A DNA stretch of 64,000 nt from Takakia lepidozioides (Eukaryota; Plantae; Bryophyta). Numbering within the stretch: the first letter of the stretch is position 1; each line of letters opens with the position of its first letter. The notes under the pieces were generated by a model. It ran no database searches. It had not been told where the DNA came from and worked only from the letters and a program-made list of their open reading frames with translations. Both the position numbers and the translations under genes were made by a program. Location of the stretch: the NCBI GenBank assembly GCA_030704615.1, contig CM060733.1:51584001-51648000 (forward strand). Direction: 5' to 3'. This document shows, piece by piece, positions 24,601 to 36,500 of this stretch.

Positions 24601-25493
24601 TTTTCTTCTCGAAGACATCCTTGAAATCTTGATATTGAGTGGGTAATGTCGAAGTACCTTGGTCTGTTGTGGTTTTGATCGGGGTCGCATAAAGTGCAAA
24701 TGTCGCGTCTTTCTTCGTAGCTCTCATGAAGGCTCTAGCTCCAAAAAACAAGGGTTGAATACCTTTGGTACTTTTGCATTTTTGTCTTGCCGAAATTTTT
24801 CGTGATCGCCAGTCGATGTCAGGATTATGAAGTACAAACCAGGGAAGTCCAAAGATCACAGGATTCGTTGGAGACTGGATGACATTGAAAACAATCTGTG
24901 ATGCTTGATTTTTAAGCTTCACTTCAAGGGGTCGAGTTTCATGGTCAATATTTCCTGATGCTAACGGTCGTCCATCGATGACTTCAACAGGGGCCAAGAA
25001 TTTCTTTCTTACGAGCGTTAATTTGTATTGTTTCGCAAAGTTTTTGTCAATAAAAACACGCTGAAGCGCCCGAGTCCAAAAGTGCATCTACGGAGATATC
25101 TCGATTTTGCATCCTGATCTTTACTGGAACTGTAAAACAAGGTATAGGGTCTGGAGGTAGAAAGAGACCTTTTTTTGGTGAGGAATTTGGGGTGTTCAGC
25201 GGCATGGTCCCTACTGTGACTGGACATCTTCGTTTTCTGACCTCCTTGTATCGAACAATTGAGTTGTGCCCCGAGCTTTGAATCTTCTTTTGTTGGGGCA
25301 GTTTAATGCTATGTGATCATCTTCTCCGCAATAAAGGCATAATCCATTCGAGTGTCGTCTTTGTTTTTCTTGTGGCTTCAACGGCTTGAATCGGACAGCA
25401 TCAATCTACATAGGATCATTACCGGATGTCTGATGGATCGTTGTGTTTGGTACCGTAGTAGCAGCGGCATGGTGCGTCGTCGACCATCCAGAT

Positions 25494-28400
25494 TGTCGCG
25501 GCCCTTTGCTTTGAGGGCAGGGGGTCGGGACACATGAGGGGCTGCCCCTGTGGTGGGGGCAGCGGCAGCGATAGATATGGGGGGCTGAAGCACCCTTGAC
25601 TGCCCAAGGCACTCAGGGAAGCGGAGGCGCTCACTAGGTGGAGCCCCGCACACCGGGTTGCGGTGGGGGTGGCTCCACAAGGGGTGGTGGTAGCTTAGCG
25701 GGACTTAGTGGGGGTGGCATAGGACTCACCATGGGGGCGGAGACCTCGTGGTGGGAGTCGTGGGGAGTCTTGGGACTCATCACGGTCCATAGGGGCCGTG
25801 GTGAGTGGGCCAAGACTCACCGCGACTCATCATCGGGAGTCGAGGGTTTTCGTGGTGGTTCGCCATAAAATGGCATGGCTGGTTGTGAAACCCCCGCAGA
25901 CAGCTACAGAAGTATATATAGGGAGTAGTAACCCCGAGAACGGTGCAAGCCCGTTGGTGACCAAAACTAGTGAGTAAGCGAGCGAGCCGGAAAGCGACCA
26001 AAGAGTGGGGAGCTGTTCCGGACTGCCAACTACCAAAGGGAATTCCCGCTGGTTCCAAATCGGTGGAGGGTTCTTTGGGAGAACAAAGGGGGACCGTTAT
26101 GCCCCGGTGAGCAGCCGAAGCTCCAAGTTGGCCCGGCGGCTAGGTTGGGAGTCAGGCGCGCGCATCAAAGCGAGTAACTATGACTTGAGGAGGAGCTTAC
26201 CGAAGTGAGGTGCGCGACACTTGGTATCAGAGCTTAGAGTTCAGTACGCGATCGTCCTTGGGATTGGCCTCATCATGGGGTTGGGCAAGCCGAAGCGAAA
26301 GCGGAACGGCCCAAAAGATGATGATCCTGGTGAGCCCGATGGGGGCGACGTGTCACCGAGGCGGCCGTTTGAGGAAGCGATGCATGTTTCCGAAAACGAG
26401 GCCGCTCAAGAGCGGGGGGAATCCGAGGAGTCGGAGCCCGAGGAATCCTTGAGAGCTCCGACAAACCAAGAGATGCCTCCCATGCCGGCAGCCTTTTGGG
26501 AAGGGTTGTTGGCGCAGTTTGGCGGGACGTTGAAAGACGTGTTGAAGGCGGCTAACGCCACTTCCACTAAGGCAAAGTTTAAGGTGAAGCCTAAAGAACC
26601 CGGCACCTTCGAGGGCGTCCAAATCGGAAGGCACTCAACACCTGGCTCCTGGAGCTAGAGCAGTACTTCCGGGCGGCCAAGTTGAGTGACGAGGATCGGG
26701 TGGAAGTGGCTCCCACCTATTTGAGGGGCTATGCTCAACAATGGTGGCAGAAACGTCTTCACGACTGAGGTCCAAGCCCGGAAACCTTGAACTGGAGTGG
26801 GTTCAAGGAATTGATGAAGAGACAGTTTGTGCCCCTCAACGCGTCCTGGCTTGCCCGGGTTAAGATGAGGAATTTGAAGCAAACAGATGACATTCGGGGG
26901 TATGTCCAGGCTTTCAATGTGCTGTTGCTCGAAGTCGCGGACATGGCAGAACCAGAAATGGTCTTCAACTTTGTGGCGGGACTGGCCCCATGGGCCAGGC
27001 GGAAGTTGGAGGAGAAGCCACCCAAGACTTTGAACGAGGCAATTGAGAGGGCTGAATGTTCTCGGATGTCCCTAGGGGTGAGAGACAAGGCCGTACGGAG
27101 CTGAACCACAAGAAGACCCGGCGGGAAGGTGACTCCTCCCGACCGGAAAAGAAGTGGGATAGGCCACGCGGCGACAATGGCATGTGGAAATCGAAGGGAG
27201 GGCCTTCACACGTCAAGGCGGCACCCGGTGGCTTCGAAAGGAAAAGCGGGTGGAGCGGCTTATGGCGGACAGAAGGCGACCTTTGATGGAGTGTGTTTCA
27301 ATTGCGGGGAGCCCGGGCACATGGCCAAGAAGTGCACGAAACCTCGACAATTGAACATGACTCGGGCAACCACGGAGCTGTCGAAAGATACCATCAGTCG
27401 CTTGGTGGAAGCGGTGGTCGCCAGGACTTGCAAGGTAGGCAACTATTCTTGTGAGTTGTATCAGGAAACTGGCGCCCTGCATAAAGGGAGTCAGTTATTG
27501 TTCGTGGATGGGATAATATCCGGAACTAACGTGTCGTTGTTGGTGGACACAGGAGCGTCGCACTCCTTCATGACGCCGGCGGCGGCGCGAAAGTTGGGAC
27601 TCCCGACAAGTGACGTGGGGGCCTCTATTGAGGTGCGTTCTGCCAAAGGAGAACCACAGATGGCGACAAGGTTGGCGTTTGATGTTCCTCTTCAACTGGG
27701 GAGTTGGGAGGGACGTGAGAACTTCACCATCTGCGAGATCGATGGAGTGGATCTCATTTTGGGGATGACCTTTTTGAGCAAATCCGGAGCGGTCATAGAT
27801 GGCCGCAAGAGTAGTCACGCTGCCATGTGGGAATGGTGGCGAGGTCTTACGAGTGTCGGAAACGCCCAAATCCGTGGGAGGGCGAATAAACCTTCTGTCA
27901 GCAAGGGAGTGGGCCGTGGAGGAGGCACACGAGCCCAGTTTTTGCTTTACATTAGAGAAGTGAAAGGAGAAGGCGATGGGGAGCCGAGCCCAGATTGGAT
28001 CAAGGGGATTTTGGAGAAATACCAGGATGTGATGCCGGAGGATTTACCAAGCGGTTTGCCACCGCGAAGAGGAGTTGACCACAAGATTGAGGTGATACCG
28101 GGATCGGAACCGCCTGCCAAGGCACCCTACCCGGTTGAGCCACAGGGAGTTGGTCGAGCTGAAGACTCAGCTCAAGGATCTAATGTCAAAGGGGTACATC
28201 CGGCCGAGTAAGTCACCTTACGGAGCCCCGTGCTATTCGCAGACAAGAAGGATGGGACGCTGCGGATGTGTGTCGATTACAGGGCTTTGAATAAGGTGAC
28301 TATTAAAAACCGGTACCCTTTGCCAAGGATCGACGACCTTTTCGACCGGTTGGCAGGAGCGAAGTATTTCAGCCGGATCGACTTGCGCTCCGGCTATCAT

Positions 28401-31400
28401 CAAATTCGGGTGGCGGAAGGAGATGAGGAGAAGACCGCGTGCAGGACAAGGTATGGTTCATATGAGTTCTTGGTGATGCCTTTTGGGCTCACCAATGCAC
28501 CTGCGACCTTTAGCACGCTGATGAACAGCCTTTTTCAGGAGTGGTTGGATGACTTTGTGATCGTGTACATCGACGACATCTTGGTGTACTCGAAAACAAA
28601 GGAGGAGCACCTGGAGCACCTCAAAAGGGTGTTCCAAAAGTTGCGGGAAGGGAAGCTGTACGCCAAAGCTTCAAAGTGCGAATTCGGGGTCACGAAAGTG
28701 GAGTTCTTGGGGCATGTGATTACACAGGATGGGATCAAAATGGATGACAGAAAGGTGAGGGCGATCTTGGACTGGGAGCCTCCGACTTCGGTCCCGGGAG
28801 TGCGATCCTTCCTAGGACTCGCCTCCTATTACCAGAAGTATGTGAGAAATTTCGCCAAGATCGCGGGGCCGCTGTCAGACCTTCTGTGTAAATCTAAAGT
28901 CTGGGCATGGAACACCTTTTGTGGCCAAGCTTTTGCTGAATTGAAGCAGCGGATGGCGGAAGCTCCAGTCTTGAAAATCCCGGAGTTCGATCGTCCATTC
29001 GAGATACATACAGATGCGTCGGACTTCGCAATTGGGGGTGTACTGATGCAAGATGGACGTCCAGTGGCTTACGAAAGTAAGAAACTGAATGAAGTGGAGC
29101 GACGGTGGCCGACGCACGAGAGATGAAGGCGGTGGTGCACTGTCTTGAGCTTTGGCGCCACTATGTTGGTTCCAACCCAGTGAAGGTGTTCACGGACAAT
29201 GTCACGGTGAAGTATTTTGCCACGCAGCCCAAGTTGTCCCCAAAACAACTTAGGTGGCAAGATACTTTGGCGGTGTTCGACGTGGATATCCAGTACAAAC
29301 GGGGACGAGACAACGTGGTGGCCGATGCTTTAAGTAGAAAGCAGCAGCTCTTGTTGGTGTACAAGGGCGAGACGGCGCTCCAAAGGAAGATCCGAAGGCT
29401 TGCCGGAAGGATGAGCTGGCGAAGTCCGTGATGCAGGACTTGAGGATGGGGGTTAAATCGCAGTTCCACTTGCAAAATGGACTGCTCCGGTATAAGCAAA
29501 AACGTCTCTACGTGCCGAAGGGAGGGATCAGAGATAGCCTCTTGAGAGAATGCCATGATAGCCCGCTTGCGGGCCACGGCGGAGCCAAGCGCACTGCGGC
29601 ACTCTTGAAGAAAGAGTATTTCTGGCCCAAACTGAGGGAGGAGGCAGAGGAGTATGTCAAGACATGCACCACATGCCAACAAAACCGGAGCGAGTACAAA
29701 AAGCAAGCGGGGCTGTTACAACCCTTGCCGATTCCAGAGGGGACTTGGGAAAGCGTCTCGATGGATTTCATGACTGCTATGCCGCTGTCAAAAGGATTCG
29801 ATGCAATCATGGTGGTGGTGGATAGGTTCAGTAAAATGGGCCATTTCATCCCCACCAAGGAGACGGCAACGGCGCAGGAAACAGGGCGACTTTACTTCGC
29901 CCACGTCTTAAAGCATCATGGAGTCCCAAGGATATTGTCTCGGACCGCGATCCAAAGTTTACGAGTAAATTTTGGAGGGCACTTTGGAAGAAGATGGGGA
30001 CGAGGCTGAAGATGAGCACCGCCTTCCGACCTACGACCGACGGCCAAACAGAAAGAGTGAATTCCGTAGTGAAGCAGATCTTGCGGAATTACGTGTCGGC
30101 AGACCAAACAGACTGGGTGGAACACTTAGACGCGGCAGAGTTCTGTTATAATAACACAGAACACTCCGCAACGGGAGTTTCCCCTTTCGTATTGGTCTAT
30201 GGAAAAGCACCTCTGGTGCCGACAAGTTGGGCCGCCCAGGACGTTGAGGAACCGGCAGTAGCGGCGGTACTGGAAGAACGCGAGCGTTTGTTGAAGCTCG
30301 CAAAGTACAACATTGCCAAAGCTAGGAAACGGTATGAAAGGCAGGCGAATCGGAAGCGGAAGCGGAGGGAAGTGAAGTTTGAGGCAGGCACGGAGGTCTG
30401 GTTCCGACTACCTCCGGAGTCCGAAGTTCGTACCTCCGTATGCGGGACCCTTTCGCATTCGGAAGGTTATGAATGAGGATGTGTATGAATTGGAGCTGCC
30501 GGCAAACAGCAAGGTGCACCCAGTATTCCATGTCTCCCTTTTGAAGCCTTACTTCAAAGATGAAGCGCGTCCGAATCGGCATCAAGTGTTGCGTCCGCCA
30601 CCTATGCTGTTGGATCATGAAAATGAACCTGAGTACGAGGTGGAGGCAATACTTAAGTCGAGGAGGTTCAAGAACCGAGAAACGGAGTATCTCGTCAAAT
30701 GGAAGGGCTATCATCATGTGGAGGCATCTTGGGTGCGTGCCTCAGAAATGGGAAACGCATCCGAGGCGGTTGCAGCTTTCGAAGGGCGACCTCAAAAGCG
30801 GAAGAAGCGTTGATGGGGACATCAACCTTGGAGCGTGGGGGAGGAAATGCATGCTTAGCCCGGCTTAGCTAGCTTAGGAATCCGATTGCAAAAACTTGTA
30901 TTGTACAAAACGTGCTATAAATGAAATGGCTTCCAAATGTTGTGCGTCCTATTTTGTTTGGAATGGTGATGCATGGTATGGTTGGCTAGTGTGTAGAATG
31001 CATGCTAGCTTATAAAAGTGGGAGAGGTAAATTGGGTTAATCGTGTGTTTGCGTAGTGCCGAAATCGGGTGACCCCCATCCAAGGGGCAAGGAAACTTGC
31101 GCCTTCTTTGGGAGTTCACGTGCTAGTGCGCACCTGGCGCGTGCGCATACTATAACTGCGCTACCGAGGGGGTTGCCTTGTAGTGCGGGCTAACGCGGAA
31201 GCTACGTGCTTCCGTTCACGTACTATAATCGTGTAGCCTCGGGACGAAGTCGTAGTGCGGCTTCGGCGTGTTCCCGTACCTCAGGCCAGCATTCCAAGGC
31301 GGACCCAATTGTAGTGATTGGGGCGCACGGTTGGTTCAAGGTTATCTTCCTAGTCAAAGAGGGTTCTTGGTGAACCCTTGCTCAAGGTGATGCCAAAAGC

Positions 31401-32443
31401 GGCATCATGAGCGGTCGCAAGCAATGTTGTTGCAGTAAGGCGATTCGATCCTCGGGGAGGATCGTTCCTTGGCCTTGAAGTAGGCCAAGAAGAGTGCACT
31501 GGGAGGAGCTTGAGAGGCTCCACCCTTGGCCGGGACTTGAAGGAAGTCGGCCGAACTAGCTAGTGGAGAGTAGAGTCAAGTGTGGGGTTTGGTTCTTTGC
31601 CATGGGACGCCATGGTACGGAAACAAACTCCTTGATGTGGGACGCCACAACTTGGATGTTCGTTTCTACAAAATGGACAAGTCGATGAGGACATCGACTC
31701 CCTGTTGGTAGGGGTGTGTGTCGCGGCCCTTTGCCTTGAGGGCAGGGGGTCGGGACACATGAGGGGCTGCCCCTGTGGTGGGGGCAGCGGCAGCGATAGG
31801 TATGGGGGGCTGAAGCACCCTTGAGTGCCCAAGGCACTCAGGAAGCGGAGGCGCTCACTAGGTGGAGCCCCGCACACCGGGTTGCGGTGGGGGTGGCTCC
31901 ACAAGGGGTGGTGGTAGCTTAGCGGGACTTAGTGGGGGTGGCATAGGACTCACCATGGGGCGGAGACCTCGTGGTGGGAGTCGTGGGGAGTCTTGGGACT
32001 CATCACGGTCCATAGGGGCCGTGGTGAGTGGGCCAAGACTCACCGCGACTCATCACCGGGAGTCGAGGGTTTTCGTGGTGGTTCGCCATAAAATGGCATG
32101 GCTGGTTGTGAAACCCCCGCGGACAGCTACAGAAGTATATATAGGGAGTAGTAACCCCGAGAACGGTGCAAGCCCGTTGGTGACCAAAAACTAGTGAGTA
32201 AGCGAGCGAGCCGGAAAGCGACCAAAGAGTGGGGAGCTGTTCCGGACTGCCAACTACCAAAGGGAATTCCCGCTGGTTCCAAATCGGTGGAGGGTTCTTT
32301 GGGAGAACAAAGGGGGACCGTTATGCCCCGGTGAGCAGCCGAAGCTCCAAGTTGGCCTGGCGGCCAGGTTGGGAGTCAGGCGCGCGCATCAAAGCGAGTA
32401 ACTATGACTTGAGGGGGAGCTTACCAAAGTGAGGTGCACGACA
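25494..32443 (+). mobile_element. Structurally complete Ty3/gypsy chromovirus, family A (LTRs 25494-26219 and 31719-32443)
   Basis: TSD CAGAT at 25489-25493 and 32444-32448; TG...CA LTRs differing at roughly 10-15 sites; PBS TGGTATCAGAGC (tRNA-iMet) at 26222-26233. Confidence 0.95.
26275..30813 (+). pseudogene. Frameshifted gag-pol of family A (CCHC, protease, RT, RNase H, integrase, chromodomain)
   Basis: [42 protein letters not shown] integrase zinc finger, GPF motif, EYEVEAIL...YLVKWKGY..ASW. Confidence 0.92.
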
Positions 32444-32768
32444 CAGATCGCTTCTCTTTACGTCTTTCGAACAAACGATTATCGCATGCAATGATTTGGG
32501 TGATGAATTTGCTCAGTGTACTCACGTTTGGCATTGTCAGCAACAAATTTTTACATCATCTTCTAGGCCACATCGACACTGACTAATGAGACTCTTCTCA
32601 TTCCAGTCGAGGTCGCACGCAAGTTGTCGAAATTCAGCAGCATAAACGGAAGTGGACGTGCTCCTTGTTGAAGATTTCGCATCTTTGTCTCTGCAACTCT
32701 CTCTCTATCATTCTCTCCAAACGTTGCAATGAACTCGGACATGAACGCTTCAAAATTGTATAGTAAAT

Positions 32769-33566
32769 GGGTGAAAGCATGGTAGGGTCGGCCCAAAAAT
32801 GGAAGTCACAGACAGTTTATTTTTGCATTTTGTATATATAGGACTCAATGAAGATATTAAGTTGGAATTTTTTATGGGTTATGAAGCAAAATCCAATGTA
32901 TAATTGTATAGGGGTTGGTATCCTATGAGATGAGCAGGTTTCCCTTGTGATTTTCTTGAATATTGAAATTGACGTTTCCAACATAATGAAATTTGAATCA
33001 GAGAAATCTGACAAGATTTAAAAGTCCATATAAGTCTATGAGTGCATGAAGCTTGTGCGGTCTCAACGGGTGATATGCCCTTCATGGACTCATTGGGAAA
33101 TGAATCCGACATCCATTGTAGATGGAAAATTTAACCACCTTCATTGATCTCCCTTGTTATATGAAAATCTGGTTCAAAGGTCAAAATTTCCTCTCCTACA
33201 AGTTTTAGACGTAATTAAATATTTATAAATTTTCGTGAATTAGCACATCGATTTTGGACATGCAATCTTCATTATTTTTTATATCTCATTTCACAATAAG
33301 ATGGATTGAAAGCTTATGGAGGGAAACATGCCTACAAAATTTAGACTTGAACCCACCTATGAAGACTTGCAAATTTTCAATCTATGAATTGATGTCAATA
33401 AACGGTGAGATTGATAAATAAACTTAGGGACGTAGCATGATATCATATGTATGTAGTCTTCAAGGTTTCACAAATAGGTTTGTCTAAAAATACATTGTCC
33501 ATGAAAGTGGAGTCGAGGACTCCAAGATTCTGCCAGTTTTGGGTGGACCCTATCCTGCATTGACCC
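32769..33566. mobile_element. Non-autonomous TIR element (Sola1-like) inserted in family B gag
   Basis: ~30-bp imperfect TIRs GGGTGAAAGCATGGTAGGGTCGGCCCAAAA / GGGTCAATGCAGGATAGGGTCCACCCAAAA; 4-bp TSD AAAT; the empty site is visible in the paralogous gag near 47185. Confidence 0.8.
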
Positions 33567-36500
33567 AAATGCGAATTTTTCTCTAATAGCGGTGCAAACC
33601 AAGATAGGGCAGTGTCGGATAAAAAGGTGCCCACAAATCCCACTTGAATACTTTCATCAGGGTAACGTTGTGGATGTAGTCGTAGGAACAATCGTACTTG
33701 TTGAACAAAACCGCGAAATCTTGATCTCGTCCCATCAAATTTTTCGGGCATGCTGACCTTTGGTTCTCTTGTAATCTGTTGAAGATTTGGAGGAACTGTT
33801 GCAGTAGGATTTGTTGTAGTAGAGACTCGTAAGGTTGAAGATCCATTGTTCGACTCCTTCAACTCTGAAATTTGTTGTTGCAAATTGTTGAAAGCGTTGC
33901 CAAGATCTTGAGACTGATCAGCTTGTAGTTGGGCAGTAGAGGCACGAAGTTCTTGCATCTGGAGCTGAAGACTCTGCAATGAGGCAAGCATTTCCGCAAA
34001 TGTGCCTTCCATCTTAACTAACTGAGGAACAAACTTTAGTCTTGCCAAACTGTCAAGGACGAGAACATGACTGAACACAAACAAGAGATCAGACTAGAGG
34101 TAGGCAAGAAGTCAAGGTCGGCGTGGCCGTATGCACGATGAGTAAATAGGAATCAATGCGATCTTTATAACAATGAACAAGGGTACAAGATATTGGAACA
34201 CGACTTGAATACTGGAATGCTGGAAACTAGGCTAGGATACTGGGAACTGGACTGGAACACTGGGAACTGGAAACAAAAGTAGCTTGAACTGGTGTTGGCG
34301 AGACTGAAGAGTGTCCAGTCTCGCCTCCTATATATACTGGCTACTAAGAAGCTTCCCCTATGGAGGTTTCTTGCTGGAGAAGTTTCCAAGATTAAACAAT
34401 GGTTTCTTGATGGAGAAGTTTCCTCCAAATGAAGCTTCCTGAGCAGTTCCCCAAGTTATTCTTGGTAATTTGGTAAACTCCCGATAACTTCGTAAGTAAT
34501 GGTAAATCATGGTAGATCATGATAAATCACGGTAAATCATGGTAACTTCTGGTAACATGGTTACTGTGTAACTTCTGGTATTTACTCCTGGTAAGTTCCT
34601 CTGGGCTATGTCCGTGATACTAGGCCCAAATTGAACGAGGATTTCGTGGGGGAGTAAATGGGGACCGTTATGTCCCGGTGAGCAGTCGAAGCTCCGAGTT
34701 GGCCGACAGGGTTGGAATCAACATAGTGGCGCCAAAGCTCAAGGCAATGCACCACCGTCTTCATTTCTTTCTCATGTATAGACCACCGTCGTTCCACTTT
34801 ATTCAATTTCTTACTTTCGTAAGCCATTGGACGTCCATCCTGCATGAGCACACCCCCAATTGCGAAGTCTGACGCATCTGTATTAATCGCAAATGGATGG
34901 TCGAACGCCGGGATTTTCAGGACTGGAGCTTCCGCCATCCGCTGCTTCAACTCGGCAAAAGCTTGGCCACAAAAAGTGTTCCATACCCATACCTTGGACT
35001 TACACAGAAGGTCTCACAGCGGCCCCGCGATCTTGGCGAAATTTCTCATATACTTTCGGTAATAAGAGACGAGTCCTAGGAAGGATCGCACTCCCGGGAC
35101 CGAAGTCGGAGGCTCCCAGTCCAAGATCGCCCTCACCATTCTGTCATTCATTTTGATCCCATCATGTGTAACCACATGCCCTAGGAACTCCACTTTTGTG
35201 ACCCCGAATTCGCACTTTGAAGCTTTGACATACAGCTTTCCTTCCTGCAATTTCTGGAACACCCTTTTGAGGTGCTCCAGGTGTTCTTCTTTTGTTTTCA
35301 AGTACACCAAGATGTCGTTGATGTACACGATCACAAAGTCATCCAACCACTCCTGGGAAAGGCTGTTCATTAGCATGCTAAATGTCGTGGGTGCGTTGGT
35401 GAGCCCAAAAGGCATCACCAAGAACTCATATGAACCGTATCTTGTCTTACACATGGTCTTCTCTTCATCTCCTTCCGCCACTTGGATTTGATGGTAGGCG
35501 CAAAGCAATCCGGCTGAAATACTTCGCTCCTGCCAACCGATCGAAGAGGTCGTCGATCCTTGGCAAATGGTACGGATTTTTTATAGTCACTTTACTCAGA
35601 GCCCTGTAATCGACACACATCCGCAGCGTCCCATCCTTCTTGTCGACGAATAGCACCGGGGCTCCGTATGGTGACTTACTCGGTCGGATGTACCCCTTTG
35701 ACATTAGATCCTTGAGCTGAGCCTTCAGTTCGACCAACTCTCTATGGCTCAACCGGTAGGGCGCCTTGGCAGGCGGCTCTTATCCGGTATCACCTCTATC
35801 TTGTGGTAAATTCCTCTTCGCGGTGGCAAGCCGCTTGGTAAATCCTTCGGCTTCACATCCTAGTATTTCTCCAAGATCCCCTTCATCCAATCTGGGCTCG
35901 GCTCCCTATCAACTTCTTCATCCACTTGTCTTACGTAAAGCAAAAACTGGGGCTCGTGTGGCTTCTTCACGGCCCACTCCTTTGCTGACAGCAGGTTTAT
36001 TTGCCCTCCTACTCGGTTGGGCGTTTCCGACATCCGTAACACTTCGCCACCATTCCCACACGGTAGTGTGACTATTCTCTTGCGGCCATCTATGACCGCT
36101 CCGGATTTGCTCAAAAATGTCATCCCCAAAATGAAATCCACTCCATGGATCTCGCAAATGGTGAAGTTCTTACATCCATCCCAACTCCCGATCATCGAAT
36201 GCCAACCTCGTGGTTCTCATTTGGCAGAACGCACTTCAATAGAGGCCACTACATCACTTGTCGGGAGCCCCAGCTTCCGTGTCGTTGTCGGTGTCATGAA
36301 GGAGTGCGACGCTCCTGTGTCCACCAACAACGACACGTTAGTTCCGGAAATTATCCCACTCACGAACATTAACTGACTCCCTTTACACAGGGTGCCGGTC
36401 TCCTGATACAACTCACAAGAGTAGTTGCATACTTTGCAGGTCTTGGCGACCACCGCTCCACCCAGCGGCTAATGGAATCTTCGGATAGCTCCGTGGTCGC

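Larger units (their letters stand above)
20616..34619 (-). mobile_element. Tcn1-like Ty3/gypsy chromovirus, family B, with both LTRs (5' LTR 34051-34619, 3' LTR 20616-21221), degenerate
   Basis: TSD CTATG/CTAGG (1 mismatch); PPT revcomp at 21222-21237; gag from ATG 34012 (PEKFDGTRSRF), RT YLDD, RH DASDFA, integrase, partly deleted chromodomain. Confidence 0.9.
20070..34708 (+). mobile_element. Family A solo LTR (20070-20615 plus 34625-34708), split by the family B element
   Basis: TGTCGCGG...GGCCGACA with TSD GGGTT at 20065-20069 and 34709-34713, inside the RNase H region of the outer element. Confidence 0.85.

Noticed and set aside
25352-26208. ORFs within family A LTRs (also 20197-20611 and 31556-32432)
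   Set aside because: GC-rich LTR sequence; the frames differ between copies because of indels.
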